24,000 nt of DNA, from the NCBI RefSeq assembly GCF_014145395.1, contig NZ_JACHTE010000009.1, positions 5,075-29,074 of the forward strand. The letters run 5' to 3'. This DNA is from Marilutibacter penaei. GTDB lineage: Bacteria; Pseudomonadota; Gammaproteobacteria; Xanthomonadales; Xanthomonadaceae. Below, one piece after another: positions 1 to 15,707 of the stretch; position 1 is the stretch's first letter; each line of letters starts with the position of its first letter. The translations under genes were made by a program, and so were the position numbers. The notes below the pieces were generated by a model. The model was not told the DNA's origin. It saw only the letters and a list, made by a program, of their open reading frames with translations, and did not search any database.

Positions 1-451
1 CGTCGACATCCTCGACCAGGTAGATGCGGCCGGTCCCCTGCTCGCGCTTCCATTGGCCCATGGTGCCCTCCACCTCGGGGTGCCCGGCATGGCCGATCAG
101 GACCACGTCGTTGCCGGCGCGGCAATGTCGGGAGACTTCGAAGTGCACCTTGGTCACCAGCGGACAGGTCGCGTCGAAGACCTTCAGGCCGCGGCGATCG
201 GCCTCCTCACGCACCGCCTTCGACACCCCGTGGGCGCTGAAGATGACCGTGGCGCCGTCCGGCACGTCGTCCAGCTCCTCGACGAAGACGGCCCCCCGGT
301 GCTTGAGGTCGTCGACGACGAAGCGGTTGTGGACCACCTCGTGGCGCACGTAGATCGGGGCACCCAGGGTGTCCAGCGCGCGCTTGACGATCTCGATCGC
401 GCGGTCGACGCCGGCGCAGAAGCCACGGGGATTGGCGAGCAGGACATCCAT
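1..451 (-). CDS. ispH: IspH/LytB 4-hydroxy-3-methylbut-2-enyl diphosphate reductase, N-terminal ~150 codons (3' end lies beyond the window edge)
   Basis: Absent from the ORF track because it is open at the window edge. Reverse complement from ATG 451-449 reads [59 protein letters not shown]...[19 protein letters not shown]... The [14 protein letters not shown] and [10 protein letters not shown] blocks carrying Fe-S cysteines are IspH hallmarks. It lies downstream of ileS-lspA, as in many gammaproteobacteria. The listed ORF 184..447(-) is a different frame and is spurious. Confidence 0.9.
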   Translation of the reverse strand, partial: MDVLLANPRGFCAGVDRAIEIVKRALDTLGAPIYVRHEVVHNRFVVDDLKHRGAVFVEELDDVPDGATVIFSAHGVSKAVREEADRRGLKVFDATCPLVTKVHFEVSRHCRAGNDVVLIGHAGHPEVEGTMGQWKREQGTGRIYLVEDVD

Positions 452-497
452 CAGGCGGGGCGGATCCAGGAAAGGTACGGGAGGAGTGTAGCGCCGC

Positions 498-1010
498 TCA
501 GGTCGCCTTCGCGTCGCGTCGGCCACTGAACAGGCCGTGCAGGGCAATGCCGACAGCACCGACCACGATTGCCGAATCGGCAATGTTGAAGGCGGGCCAA
601 TAGTAGAGATCGCGCCAATGCCACTGGATGAAGTCGACAACGTGGCCGTGCATCAACCGGTCGATGACGTTGCCGATGGCCCCGCCGATGACCAGTACAT
701 ACGGCAGCGCGGTGCGCCAGTCGCGGCGTGGGGTCCGGGACAGCCAGTACCCCAGCAGGCCACAGATGCCGAAGGCGAGCGCGGTGAAGAAGTACTTCTG
801 CCAGCCGCCCGCGTCACTGAGGAAGCTGAACGCCGCGCCGGTGTTGTAGGTGCGGTACCAGTTCCAGAAGCCGTCGATGACCGGCACGGCGGTGTACTCG
901 GGCAGCGACGACAGCACCCAGGCCTTGGTCCACTGGTCGAGCACGATGACCAGCACCGACACCAGCAGCCAGGCCAGGGCGTCCGGGCGCGGACGCGACG
1001 ACGGCGCCAT
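498..1010 (-). CDS. lspA: Lipoprotein signal peptidase II
   Basis: Track ORF 498..1019. [24 protein letters not shown] and FNIADS blocks plus hydrophobic spans are typical of LspA. I prefer the ATG at 1010-1008, which overlaps the ileS stop (TGATG), over the GTG at 1019. Confidence 0.9.
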   Translation of the reverse strand: MAPSSRPRPDALAWLLVSVLVIVLDQWTKAWVLSSLPEYTAVPVIDGFWNWYRTYNTGAAFSFLSDAGGWQKYFFTALAFGICGLLGYWLSRTPRRDWRTALPYVLVIGGAIGNVIDRLMHGHVVDFIQWHWRDLYYWPAFNIADSAIVVGAVGIALHGLFSGRRDAKAT

Positions 1011-3862
1011 CAGAACCACCTCCGGTCTTCACCCTCGCCCGCCACGTTCCCGACGCAGCGCCCGCACAGCTGGGGATGCGCCTCGACACTGCCCACGTCA
1101 GCACGGTGGTGCCAGCAGCGCACGCACTTCGGCTTGCCCGTTGGCGCGGCAGTCACGGTGATGTCCTTGGCATCGTCGTCCGCGAGGATCTCGACGTCGC
1201 CGCTGATGAACAGGAAGCGGAGCTCGTCGCCCATCCGCGACAGCCAGTTCTGGTCCGCCACGCCACAGCGCAGGGTGATCTCCGCCTCGAGCGCGGCACC
1301 GATCTCTCCCGCGGCGCGCATCGGCTCCAGCACCGCACTGACGTCCTCGCGGATGCCCAGCAGGCGCTCGACCCGGCGCGCGAGCACGGCCGCATCCTCG
1401 TCGTCCATCGGCGCCAGGCCGTCGTACCAGGTCGCGAACAGCACGTTGTCCTTGCGCTCGCCGGGCAGGTAGGCCCACAGCTCGTCTGCGGTGAAGCTCA
1501 GGACCGGCGCGATCCAGCGGACGAAGGCCTCGGCAATGCGGTACATCGCACTCTGCGCGGAACGGCGGCCACGAGAGTCCTCCTGCATCGTGTACAGGCG
1601 GTCTTTGGTCACGTCGAGGTAGAGCGAGCCGAGGTCGACGCTGCAGAAGTTCAGCAGTGCCTGCACGATCTCGGCGAAGTCGTAGCGCTCGTAGGCCGCC
1701 TTGATCTTCTCCTGGACCTCCCACGCGCGGTGCACGATCCAGCGGTCCAGTGCGACCATGTCGTCGAGCGGACGCAGGTGTGCCACCGGGTCGAAGCCGT
1801 GCAGGTTGCCGAGCAGGAAGCGCGCGGTGTTGCGGATGCGCCGGTAGGCGTCGGCATTGCGCTTGAGGATCTCCTGCGACAGCGACATCTCGTTGCTGTA
1901 GTCGGCCGAGGCGATCCACAGGCGCAGGATGTCCGCGCCCAGCGTCTTCATGATGTCCTGCGGCTCGATGCCGTTGCCGAGCGACTTCGACATCTTGCGG
2001 CCGTGCTCGTCGACGGTAAATCCGTGCGTCAGGCACTGGCGGTACGGCGCGGCCTTGTCGATGGCGACGCCGGTCAGCAGCGAGGACTGGAACCAGCCGC
2101 GATGCTGGTCCGACCCCTCCAGGTAAAGGTCGGCCGGCTTGCCCAGGCCACGTTCGAGCAGCACGCACTCATGGGTGACGCCGGAATCGAACCAGACGTC
2201 CAGGATGTCACTGGTCTTGTCGTAGTCGCCCGCCTCTGCACCGAGCAGTTCAGCGGCATCCAGCGTGTACCAGACGTCGACGCCGCCCTGCTCCACCCGG
2301 TCGGCGACCTGGCGCATCAGCTCCGTGCTGCGCGGGTGCGGCTCGCCGGTCTCGCGGTGCACGAACAGCGCGATCGGCACGCCCCAGGTGCGCTGGCGGG
2401 AGATCGTCCAGTCGGGACGGCCTTCGACCATGCCGGCGATGCGCGCTTCGCCCCACTTCGGGTACCACTGCACGTCCTTGATTGCGGCCAGTGCGTCTGC
2501 GCGCAGGTTCGCCTGTTCCATCGAGATGAACCACTGCGGCGTGGCCCGGAACGCGATCGGCGTCTTGTGGCGCCAACAGTGCGGATAGCTGTGTTCGAGT
2601 TTCGCCAACGCGAGCAGCGCACCGTTCGCGCGCAACGCATCGACGATCAGGTCGTTGGCCTTCCAGATGTGCTGGCCAGCGAGCACCGTGTCGCCCGCCG
2701 GCGGGGTCGACGGCAGGTAGACGCCACGGCCGTCGACGGGATTGAGCTCGGCGGCGCCGTACTTATCGAGCAGACCGTAAGGGCGACTGGCCGCGTAGTC
2801 CTCCTGGCCGTGGCCCGGCGCGGTGTGCACGGCGCCGGTACCGTCCTCGGCCGACACGTGGTCGCCAACGATGAGCGGGATGTCGCGATCGGCGTAGAAA
2901 GGATGCGCGAGCAGCATGCGCTCAAGCGCGGCGCCCGTCGTGCGCCCATGGACCGTCACCTCATCCACGCCGTAGCGTTGCAGGGCCTTGGCCGCGAGCG
3001 CCTCGGCAAGGACCAGCCAGCGACGACGGCCGTTCGAGGCCCGAGGGCCTTCGACCAGCACGTATTCCAGCTCCGGGCCTACCGACACCGCCAGCGAAGC
3101 CGGCAGCGTCCACGGCGTGGTGGTCCAGATCGGCACCCCGATGTCGACGTCCGCCGGATGCAATGCGCCGAATGCATGCGCCATCGCGGACGGATCGCGC
3201 GCGAGGTAGGCGACGTCGATCGCCGGCGACACCTTGTCCTGGTACTCGATCTCCGCCTCGGCCAGCGCCGAACCGCAATCGAAGCACCAGTGCACGGGCT
3301 TCACGCCGCGCGACAGGTGCCCGTTGTCGATGACCTTGGCCAACGCTCGCATCTCGTTGGCCTCGAAACGGAAATCGAGGCTGCGGTACGGGTTGTCCCA
3401 GTCACCCAGCACGCCCAGGCGCTTGAAGTCGCGGCGCTGGATGTCGATCTGCTCGTTGGCGTACTCACGGCACTTCTGTCGGAACTCGACGGCATCGAGC
3501 TTGGCGCCGACCTTGCCGAACTTCTTTTCGATCGCGATCTCGATCGGCAGGCCGTGGCAGTCCCAGCCCGGCACGTAGGGCGCGTCGAAGCCCGCCAGGT
3601 ACTTCGACTTGACGATGATGTCCTTGAGGATCTTGTTGACCGCGTGGCCGAGGTGGATCGCGCCATTGGCGTAAGGCGGCCCGTCGTGCAGGACGAACAG
3701 CGGACGACCCGAAGCGTTCTCGCGCAGGCGGGCGTAGAGCCCTTCGGACTCCCAGCGCTCCAGCGTCTTCGGCTCCCGCTTGGGCAGGTCGCCGCGCATC
3801 GGGAACTCGGTCGCCGGCAGGTGCAGGGTGGCCTTGTAGGGGTTGGCGGGGGCTTCGCTCAC
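1010..3862 (-). CDS. ileS: Isoleucyl-tRNA synthetase (type 1, with C-terminal zinc-binding domain)
   Basis: 950-aa ORF. HIGH-type motif [21 protein letters not shown] motif ([10 protein letters not shown]), and C-terminal CVRCWHH...LCGRCVGN cysteine knuckles. The GTG start at 3862 overlaps the ribF stop (GTGA). Confidence 0.97.
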   Translation of the reverse strand: MSEAPANPYKATLHLPATEFPMRGDLPKREPKTLERWESEGLYARLRENASGRPLFVLHDGPPYANGAIHLGHAVNKILKDIIVKSKYLAGFDAPYVPGWDCHGLPIEIAIEKKFGKVGAKLDAVEFRQKCREYANEQIDIQRRDFKRLGVLGDWDNPYRSLDFRFEANEMRALAKVIDNGHLSRGVKPVHWCFDCGSALAEAEIEYQDKVSPAIDVAYLARDPSAMAHAFGALHPADVDIGVPIWTTTPWTLPASLAVSVGPELEYVLVEGPRASNGRRRWLVLAEALAAKALQRYGVDEVTVHGRTTGAALERMLLAHPFYADRDIPLIVGDHVSAEDGTGAVHTAPGHGQEDYAASRPYGLLDKYGAAELNPVDGRGVYLPSTPPAGDTVLAGQHIWKANDLIVDALRANGALLALAKLEHSYPHCWRHKTPIAFRATPQWFISMEQANLRADALAAIKDVQWYPKWGEARIAGMVEGRPDWTISRQRTWGVPIALFVHRETGEPHPRSTELMRQVADRVEQGGVDVWYTLDAAELLGAEAGDYDKTSDILDVWFDSGVTHECVLLERGLGKPADLYLEGSDQHRGWFQSSLLTGVAIDKAAPYRQCLTHGFTVDEHGRKMSKSLGNGIEPQDIMKTLGADILRLWIASADYSNEMSLSQEILKRNADAYRRIRNTARFLLGNLHGFDPVAHLRPLDDMVALDRWIVHRAWEVQEKIKAAYERYDFAEIVQALLNFCSVDLGSLYLDVTKDRLYTMQEDSRGRRSAQSAMYRIAEAFVRWIAPVLSFTADELWAYLPGERKDNVLFATWYDGLAPMDDEDAAVLARRVERLLGIREDVSAVLEPMRAAGEIGAALEAEITLRCGVADQNWLSRMGDELRFLFISGDVEILADDDAKDITVTAAPTGKPKCVRCWHHRADVGSVEAHPQLCGRCVGNVAGEGEDRRWF

Positions 3863-4809
3863 GCAGGGACTCGCAATGGGTCTGTCGTCAAAAGGGCGCG
3901 CGCCTGGTCGGCATCGCGGTGCATCTGCTCGACCAGGGCCGGCAGGTCATCGAACTTCAGCTCGTCGCGCAGTTTCGCGACGAACTCGACCTCGATCCGC
4001 CGACCGTACAGGTCGCCGTCGAAATCGAACAGGTGGGCTTCCAGCAACGGCTCCACGCCGTCGACCGTCGGCCGGGTGCCCAGGCTGGACACCGAGGCAC
4101 GGGGCGCCTCGCCGACGCCATGGACCCAGCTCGCATAGATGCCGGACAGCGCCGGCGTACGGCCGCCGAATCGGAGGTTGGCCGTCGGGTAGCCAAGTGT
4201 CCGCCCGAGCTGCTGGCCGCGCACCACGCGGCCGCCGATCCGGTAGGGGCGCCCGAGCAGTCGCGTCGCGGTGGCGAAGTCGCCCGCCACCAGTGCTTCG
4301 CGGATGCGCGTCGCCGAGACGCGCTCGCCATCCAGCATGACCGGTTCGATCTCGCCGGCCACGAAGCCGGCCTCGCGACCTGCCGCATGCAGCGTGTCGA
4401 TGTCGCCCGAACGGCCCTTGCCGAAGCGGAACGCCGGACCGACCCAGACCTCGCGCGCATGGAGGTGGCCGACCAGCACCTGCGCGATGAAGGCGTCGGC
4501 CGACAGCTGGCTCAGGCGGCGGTCGAAGCGCAGCAGCCCCACCTGGTCGACACCCAGGGCGAACAGGCCCTCGGCCTTGGCGCGGGGCGACAGCAACCGC
4601 GGCGGTGGGGCGTGGGGGGCAAAGAACTCCCTCGGCAGCGGCTCAAAACTCAGCGCGACCGCCGGCAAACCCAGGGCGTGCGCACGCGCGACGGCGTGGC
4701 GCACCAGGGCCTGATGGCCCCGGTGGAGGCCGTCGAAGGCGCCGATGCAGACCACGCTGCCGTCCGGGCACCGGGGCCCACCATCGACGTCACGAAACAG
4801 CCTGCTCAT
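3859..4809 (-). CDS. ribF: Bifunctional riboflavin kinase / FAD synthetase
   Basis: The track ORF 3859..5784 is open far upstream, but recognisable RibF sequence begins at MSRLFRDV (ATG 4809-4807). Motifs: [14 protein letters not shown] nucleotidyltransferase block and C-terminal riboflavin-kinase GYPTANL block. The upstream ~325 codons are Arg/Gly/Ala-rich and overlap murJ in another frame. Confidence 0.93.
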   Translation of the reverse strand: MSRLFRDVDGGPRCPDGSVVCIGAFDGLHRGHQALVRHAVARAHALGLPAVALSFEPLPREFFAPHAPPPRLLSPRAKAEGLFALGVDQVGLLRFDRRLSQLSADAFIAQVLVGHLHAREVWVGPAFRFGKGRSGDIDTLHAAGREAGFVAGEIEPVMLDGERVSATRIREALVAGDFATATRLLGRPYRIGGRVVRGQQLGRTLGYPTANLRFGGRTPALSGIYASWVHGVGEAPRASVSSLGTRPTVDGVEPLLEAHLFDFDGDLYGRRIEVEFVAKLRDELKFDDLPALVEQMHRDADQARALLTTDPLRVPA

Positions 4810-4847
4810 GGAACCCGGCAGTATACGTGCGAAGCGCCGGGACCGCC

Positions 4848-6494
4848 TCACTGACGCAGGTGGCGCGGCCGCAGGCCCATCAGCAGCAGGACCGCACCGT
4901 AGGCCAGGCCGCCGGCCGCGACCACGGCCAGCAGCCAGGTCCAGCGCCACAGCATCGGCAGCGCGCTCCACTCGCCGATGGCTTCGCGCGCAGCGACCAC
5001 GACGGCGGTCATCGCGAGCGCCGCGACGACAATGCGGCCGATCCAGCGCCCCCAGCCCTGGGCCGGCGCATACAGGCCCTGCCGGCGCAGGTGGCGCCAC
5101 AGCAGGCCTGCATTGAGGACGCCGGCCAGCGCCGTCGCCACGGCGATCCCGACATGCGCTTCCGGTACGCCCAGCCACCACAGCGGCGTGACCAGCGCGA
5201 TGGTGAGGATGACGTTCGCGATGACCGTGGTGATCGCGACCCGCATCGGCGTGCGCGTGTCCTGTCGTGCGTAGAAGGCTGGCAGGAGCACCTTGCTCAG
5301 CATGAACGTGGGGATGCCGACGCTCATGGCCATCAGCGCCGCCCCCACCATGTGCGAGTCCTCGGCGGTGAACCGGCCGCGCTGGAACAGCGAGGCGGTC
5401 AGTGGCTCGGCCAGGAGCGCCAGACCCAGGGCCGCCGGCACGCCGACCAGCAGGACGATCCGCAGGCCCCAGTCCAGCGACTTCGAGTACCCGGCCTCGT
5501 CCTTCGCCGCGTGTTGCCGCGACAGCTGCGGCAGGATCACCGTGCCCACGGCCACGCCGAACAGGCCGAGCGGCAGCTCGGTCAGGCGGTCCGAGTAGTA
5601 CAGCCAGGACTGGGCGGCCGGCACCAGCAGCGCCGCGAACATGGTGCCGACCAGCACGTTGATCTGCGCAACCGAGGACGAGAAGACGGTGGGCAGCATC
5701 AACCGGCCGACCTTGCGCACGCCGGGGTGGCGCAGGTTGAAGCGCAGGCGCGGGCGGATGCCCAGCCGCCCCATCGCCGGCCAAAGCACCAGCACCTGCA
5801 GGATGCCGGCAGCCAGCACGCCCCAGGCCATCGACTTCTCGGGGACATCAAGGTGGCCCGCCAGCAGCAGCATCGCCGCGATGACGGCCAGGTTGTGCAG
5901 CACCGGGGTCAGTGCCGGCAGCCCGAAATGCCGGAACGTGTTGAGGACGCCCCCGGCCAGGGCGGTCATCGAAATGAACACCAGGTAGGGGAAGGTGATC
6001 CGAAGCATCTCGGCAGTCAGCGGGATGGTTTCCGCATCCGCGGGGGCGAGCGCGAGGAACAGGCGGGCGATCCACGGCGCCGCGAGCATGCCAAGGCCGC
6101 TGACGATGACCACGACCGCGAACAGGGCGCCGGCGACGTGGTCCAGCACCTCCTGCATCGCCTTCGGGTCGCCCTGCTCCTTCAATTCGGACAGGACCGG
6201 CACGAAGGCCGACGAGAACGAGCCTTCGGCGAAGATCCGGCGCAGGTAGTTGGGGATGCGGTAGGCGACCACGAAGGCGCTCATGGCCGGCCCGGCGCCG
6301 AACAGGCTGGCCTGCACCGCGTCGCGCACGTAGCCGGCGACGCGCGAAACCAGCGTCATCGCGCTGAACACCGCGCTGGATCGCAGCATGCCGCGCCCCT
6401 TGCCCTGTCTTTGCCCGGGGCCGCCGGCGGGCACGCCGGGGTCCGCGGGCGGCAGCGGCGCCCGCGCCGGTTCCTGAACAGCCTTGTCAGACAC
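4848..6494 (-). CDS. murJ: Lipid II flippase MurJ (MviN)
   Basis: 548-aa polytopic membrane ORF. The canonical MurJ N-terminus (MLRSSAVFSAMTLVSRVAGYVRDAV) begins at internal ATG 6389, which has AAGGGG about 8 nt upstream. The GTG at 6494 would add a 35-aa Pro/Gly-rich head and also has an AGGGGA upstream. The start is therefore ambiguous (6494 or 6389). Confidence 0.9.
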   Translation of the reverse strand: MSDKAVQEPARAPLPPADPGVPAGGPGQRQGKGRGMLRSSAVFSAMTLVSRVAGYVRDAVQASLFGAGPAMSAFVVAYRIPNYLRRIFAEGSFSSAFVPVLSELKEQGDPKAMQEVLDHVAGALFAVVVIVSGLGMLAAPWIARLFLALAPADAETIPLTAEMLRITFPYLVFISMTALAGGVLNTFRHFGLPALTPVLHNLAVIAAMLLLAGHLDVPEKSMAWGVLAAGILQVLVLWPAMGRLGIRPRLRFNLRHPGVRKVGRLMLPTVFSSSVAQINVLVGTMFAALLVPAAQSWLYYSDRLTELPLGLFGVAVGTVILPQLSRQHAAKDEAGYSKSLDWGLRIVLLVGVPAALGLALLAEPLTASLFQRGRFTAEDSHMVGAALMAMSVGIPTFMLSKVLLPAFYARQDTRTPMRVAITTVIANVILTIALVTPLWWLGVPEAHVGIAVATALAGVLNAGLLWRHLRRQGLYAPAQGWGRWIGRIVVAALAMTAVVVAAREAIGEWSALPMLWRWTWLLAVVAAGGLAYGAVLLLMGLRPRHLRQ

Positions 6495-6517
6495 GTCTGT
6501 CCCCTGCCCCTTCGCGG

Positions 6518-6546
6518 TTGACGCAAGCCACTGAATTGCCCATAAT
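6518..6546 (+). promoter_or_regulatory. Putative sigma70 promoter for rpsT
   Basis: TTGACG (6518-6523), exactly 17 nt, then CATAAT (6541-6546). This lies ~90 nt upstream of the rpsT GTG in the murJ/rpsT divergent spacer. Sequence match only. Confidence 0.55.
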
Positions 6547-6570
6547 TTCCTGTCTACCTGCCCGATTCAA
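6542..6570 (-). promoter_or_regulatory. Putative sigma70 promoter for murJ (divergent; its -10 overlaps the rpsT -10)
   Basis: Minus strand reads TTGAAT (6570-6565), 17 nt, then AATTAT (6547-6542). The -10 is the reverse complement of the same AT-rich patch used by the rpsT promoter. Confidence 0.35.
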
Positions 6571-6639
6571 GGCCCACATGGCGCCGCGGGTACGGATTTT
6601 TCCAGTTTCGACACACAAAATCTTCCAGGAATTCTCACC

Positions 6640-6909
6640 GTGGCCAACATCAAGTCCGCCAAGAAGCGCGCCAAGCAGACCGTCGTGCGCAATGCCCGTA
6701 ACGCCAGCCAGCGTTCGATGCTGCGCACCTACGTCAAGAAGGTGCTGAAGGCGCTGGGCGAGAACGACGCCGCCGCTGCCGAGACCGCCTTCGCCGCCGC
6801 CCAGCCGATCATCGATCGCTACAGCGCGCGTGGCCTGATCCACAAGAACAAGGCCGCCCGTCACAAGAGCCGCCTGAACGCCCGCATCAAAGCGCTCAAG
6901 GCCGCCTGA
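6640..6909 (+). CDS. rpsT: 30S ribosomal protein S20
   Basis: 89 aa, [35 protein letters not shown]..., unmistakably S20. GTG start with AGGA 9 nt upstream; non-ATG starts are common for rpsT. Confidence 0.95.
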   Translation: MANIKSAKKRAKQTVVRNARNASQRSMLRTYVKKVLKALGENDAAAAETAFAAAQPIIDRYSARGLIHKNKAARHKSRLNARIKALKAA

Positions 6910-6955
6910 GGCGACGAGGCACCCTCGCGCCGCGGTGACCCGTGGCGCCATGAAG

Positions 6956-6983
6956 AAGCCGGCATCCAGCCGGCTTTTTTGTT
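6956..6983 (+). terminator. Rho-independent terminator after rpsT
   Basis: AAGCCGGC (6956-6963), loop ATCCA, GCCGGCTT (6969-6976), followed by TTTTGTT. Confidence 0.75.
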
Positions 6984-7131
6984 GCCCGGCAGCCCAGCTA
7001 CCACCGGACGGCGGGGCCTTCGCAGGCGGCGCCAAGTGCAGTCACATCACCGACCGCCTGCATCCGGAGGGGATGCCTGGGTGCCCTGGCCGGGTCGGAC
7101 CGGGGCGCACGACGCATAGGGGCCCGCCGGC

Positions 7132-8277
<1,146 letters not shown>

Positions 8278-8278
8278 T

Positions 8279-8307
8279 CAAACAAAAGGCCCCGCCGGAG
8301 CGGGGCC
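8279..8307 (-). terminator. Rho-independent terminator/attenuator between rpmA and obg
   Basis: Minus strand reads GGCCCCGC TCCG GCGGGGCC followed by TTTTGTTTG, 42 nt after the rpmA stop. Confidence 0.7.
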
Positions 8308-8348
8308 CTGGGTGGCATCGGCGCGATGACCGCGCCGCCTGCCTGCAC

Positions 8349-8609
8349 TCAGCCTGCGTCGACGACGCTGACGGTGCGGCGGTTCTTCGGGCCCTTGGTC
8401 GAGAACTCGACCTTGCCGTCGACCAGCGCGAACAGCGTGTGGTCGCGGCCCAGGCCCACGCCCGGACCCGGATGGAACTGGGTGCCGCGCTGGCGGACGA
8501 TGATGTTGCCGGCCTCGATCGCCTGGCCGCCGTAGATCTTGACGCCCAGGTACTTCGGGTTGGAGTCGCGGCCGTTGCGGGTGGAGCCTACGCCCTTTTT
8601 GTGTGCCAT
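8349..8609 (-). CDS. rpmA: 50S ribosomal protein L27
   Basis: 86 aa, [24 protein letters not shown].... AAGGAG RBS upstream. Confidence 0.97.
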   Translation of the reverse strand: MAHKKGVGSTRNGRDSNPKYLGVKIYGGQAIEAGNIIVRQRGTQFHPGPGVGLGRDHTLFALVDGKVEFSTKGPKNRRTVSVVDAG

Positions 8610-8621
8610 GACTGCTTCTCC

Positions 8622-8933
8622 TTACTTGCCGGCGATGCCGGTGATCTCGATTTCGGTGTAGTGCTGCCGGTGGCCCATCTGCTTGCGATGGTGCTTGCGG
8701 CGGCGGAACTTGACGATGCGCACCTTGTCGGCGCGGCCGTGGCCCACGACCTTGGCGGTGACGGTGGCACCCTTGACGTCGTCGCCAAGCTTCACACCGT
8801 CTCCGTCGCCCAGCATCAGGACGTTGTCCAGCTTGATCTCGCTGCCGGCTTCGGCTTCGAGCAGCTCGACGCGCAGGGTCTCGCCCTGCATCACGCGGTA
8901 CTGCTTACCGCCCGTGACAATCACTGCGTACAT
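8622..8933 (-). CDS. rplU: 50S ribosomal protein L21
   Basis: 103 aa, [23 protein letters not shown].... AGAGGAA RBS 7 nt upstream. Confidence 0.97.
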   Translation of the reverse strand: MYAVIVTGGKQYRVMQGETLRVELLEAEAGSEIKLDNVLMLGDGDGVKLGDDVKGATVTAKVVGHGRADKVRIVKFRRRKHHRKQMGHRQHYTEIEITGIAGK

Positions 8934-8994
8934 GACCAGATTCCTCTGTAGTTATTTTGGTCGCTGACCGCCATCGAGGGCGGACAGAAGCGGA

Positions 8995-9023
8995 ATTGTA
9001 GGTCAAACCGGGACTTGACACAA
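8995..9023 (-). promoter_or_regulatory. Putative sigma70 promoter for rplU-rpmA(-obg)
   Basis: Minus strand reads TTGTGT (9023-9018), 17 nt, then TACAAT (9000-8995), ~60 nt upstream of the rplU ATG. The -10 is good and the -35 is weak. Confidence 0.4.
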
Positions 9024-9511
9024 ACACCAGGCTCACCGTCAGGCCATGATCGTCGGCAATTGGTCGAACTGCGGCCTGAACAGCATCTGGGGCTTGAGTT
9101 CCGCCGGCGCTGCATTTAGGTTCGAGTCAGGGAGCGATGACAGGGGATCGCTCGCTGCTGACCCACCGGACGGGCGCCAAGTGGCGTACGACCACCAGCG
9201 ACAGCGAGGTATTCCTTGGGCATTGGGCACTGCGCTCGCTGCCGTCGGCCCGACCGGGCCCCGGCAGCCACGCCGCATCGGCAGGAGCACCGCTCCACCT
9301 GCCCGCGTTGCCCTGCCCCACCCGACGCCGACCGGCCCTTCGCCGGCATCGGCTCCAGAGCCAACGTCCAAGCGCGTCCCGCCGTTCGCGGCCGGCCGCG
9401 CCTGGACCATGCGTTTCGCGTCGCCGCCCGTGGCGACGACGCGGACAGGGCCCCGCGCACAGGGGGAGTATGCGGGGATGAATGGACTGCAACCGAAGGA
9501 TTTTCCAACTC

Positions 9512-11617
<2,106 letters not shown>

Positions 11618-11655
11618 TCGACCCGATCGCTGCACGGCATCAGTCGATGCCATGG

Positions 11656-11684
11656 ACGGGGGCCCCACGGGGCCCCCGTTTTTC
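11656..11684 (+). terminator. Rho-independent terminator after the protease gene
   Basis: ACGGGGGCCCC / GGGGCCCCCGT inverted repeat (11656-11679) followed by TTTTT, 39 nt after the stop codon. Confidence 0.75.
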
Positions 11685-11707
11685 CCTGCCACCCACCGGA
11701 GTCCCGC

Positions 11708-12634
11708 ATGCCCTTGCGCCTGCGTACAAGCCCCCCCACCCTTCGCGCGTCGTTCGCCATCCCCCCCGTCCTTGCCGCCCTGCTGTTGCTGGCCGGCTGC
11801 GGCGCCGACCCGTCCACGCCGGCCGCCCAGGCACCTGCGGACGAAAGCGTCGAGGACGACGCTGTGACCGGAGCCGCACCACCTCCGGATGCGGCCTTCG
11901 ATGCCACGCTGGACCTGGTCAACAACAACGGTACGATCCGCTACCACGGCCGCGTGGAGGGCGAGGCAACCCGGGACGCGATCCTGCGCGCCATCGGCGG
12001 TGCATTCGAAGCCGGCGAGGCCAGCGGCGACATCCAGATCGACCCGAACGCCACGGCGCCCGGCTGGATCCGCGGCCTGCCGGCCTTCCTCGAAGCGTTC
12101 GACATTCCCGGCGCCGCCGTCGGCTTCGAAGGCGATACGCTGGAACTCACCGGCCGACTCGACCAGGAACAGCGTGCGCGCCTGACCGACGCCGCACGCC
12201 GCCAGTTCCCCGGCGCCCGCCTGACCGGTCTGTTCGTCGGCGCCGGAGCGGAGGACGCCGCCGCCATCGCGGCCCTCGCCGCGCTCGGCCCGGAAAGCGC
12301 CGCCTCCGAAGTGGAGCAGGCCCTCAACAGCCTGCAGGTGGCTTTCGAGCCCTACAGCGCGAAGGTCTCCTCCGAGAGCCTGGCCACCGTCGCCCAGGCG
12401 GGGCAGGCGATCGCCGCGATGCCTCCCGGGCGCCGCATCGAGATCGCCGGGCATGCCCGCGGCAGCGGCGATGCCGCGATCGATGAGGCCCTCGCGCGCC
12501 AGCGCGCCGACGCAGTGAAGGTGCAACTGATCGTCAACGGTGCCAACCCCGCCCGCATCGAGGTCCGCGGCGATGTCGCCACCGATCCGCACGCACCCCG
12601 CGCGGACAGCGTGACGTTCAGGGTCCTGAACTGA
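11708..12634 (+). CDS. Lipoprotein with C-terminal OmpA/MotB-like domain
   Basis: Signal peptide with lipobox ([11 protein letters not shown]). C-terminal block [47 protein letters not shown] aligns with the OmpA_C pattern (GHTD..G....N..LS..RA..V). The N-terminal half has two similar ~45-aa modules ([25 protein letters not shown] and [25 protein letters not shown]). GGAG RBS 6 nt upstream. Confidence 0.8.
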   Translation: MPLRLRTSPPTLRASFAIPPVLAALLLLAGCGADPSTPAAQAPADESVEDDAVTGAAPPPDAAFDATLDLVNNNGTIRYHGRVEGEATRDAILRAIGGAFEAGEASGDIQIDPNATAPGWIRGLPAFLEAFDIPGAAVGFEGDTLELTGRLDQEQRARLTDAARRQFPGARLTGLFVGAGAEDAAAIAALAALGPESAASEVEQALNSLQVAFEPYSAKVSSESLATVAQAGQAIAAMPPGRRIEIAGHARGSGDAAIDEALARQRADAVKVQLIVNGANPARIEVRGDVATDPHAPRADSVTFRVLN

Positions 12635-12641
12635 ATCCCGG

Positions 12642-12671
12642 CCCGCCGGCTGCTGACAGCACGCTGGCGGG
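12642..12671 (+). terminator. GC-rich hairpin after the OmpA-like gene (possible terminator, no U-tract)
   Basis: CCCGCCGGC TGCT GAC AGCA (C) GCTGGCGGG gives about 13 bp of stem with one bulge, 8 nt after the stop. No T-run follows, so intrinsic termination is uncertain. Confidence 0.3.
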
Positions 12672-12689
12672 AACTGGCGTCCCTGCGAT

Positions 12690-12718
12690 TTGCCCCCATA
12701 TCGGGCAACCGATACGCT
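12690..12718 (+). promoter_or_regulatory. Putative sigma70 promoter for uvrA
   Basis: TTGCCC (12690-12695), 17 nt, then TACGCT (12713-12718), ~70 nt upstream of the uvrA ATG. The spacer holds a 6-bp inverted repeat TTGCCC-N7-GGGCAA. Sequence match only. Confidence 0.3.
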
Positions 12719-12788
12719 CGTCTGTTCGCTGCCGTATGTCCGGCCGCGCAGACCTCCCCGACCAGCCAGCGCAGGGCCCCCACGCCAC

Positions 12789-15703
<2,915 letters not shown>

Positions 15704-15707
<4 letters not shown>

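Noticed and set aside
1076-4138. 1020-aa plus-strand ORF antisense to ileS. Similar giants: 9116..12919(-) 1267 aa, 12618..16043(-) 1141 aa, 15257..17983(-) 908 aa, 4605..6521(+) 638 aa, 9979..12486(+) 835 aa.
   Set aside because: Their translations are Arg/Gly/Ala/Pro/His-rich with long homopolymer-like runs and no recognisable motifs. Each lies opposite to, or out of frame with, a gene that has unmistakable family signatures and the correct G/C third-position bias. Stop codons are rare in off-frames of very GC-rich DNA, so such ORFs are expected artefacts.
4810-5784. Upstream extension of the ribF ORF to 641 aa.
   Set aside because: Recognisable RibF sequence starts at ATG 4809. The extension overlaps murJ on the same strand in another frame and is Arg/Gly/Ala low-complexity.
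9119-9128. GGTTCGAGTC, resembling a tRNA T-loop; a possible tRNA fragment or integrase att-site remnant in the long spacer.
   Set aside because: The flanking 5-nt segments (TTAGG / CAGGG) cannot form a T-stem. There is no acceptor, anticodon or CCA context, and no integrase or direct repeat nearby.
9039-9481. Several 110-125-aa ORFs on both strands within the rplU-protease spacer.
   Set aside because: Compositions are Arg/Pro/Gly-rich, there are no motifs, third-position G/C is only moderate, and the ORFs mutually overlap. I treat the region as non-coding or decayed; see the finding on the spacer.
12690-12788. Upstream TTG-initiated extension of uvrA ([23 protein letters not shown]...).
   Set aside because: The canonical UvrA N-terminus ([16 protein letters not shown]) begins exactly at ATG 12789. 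The extension would cover the likely promoter.
12635-12788. Search for an SOS/LexA operator upstream of uvrA.
   Set aside because: I found neither an E. coli-type CTGT-N8-ACAG site nor a Xanthomonas-type TTAG...CTAA palindrome. CTGTTCGCTGCCGTAT (12722-12737) lacks the ACAG half. The TTGCCC-N7-GGGCAA repeat is only 6 bp and matches no operator I know. I make no claim either way about SOS control.
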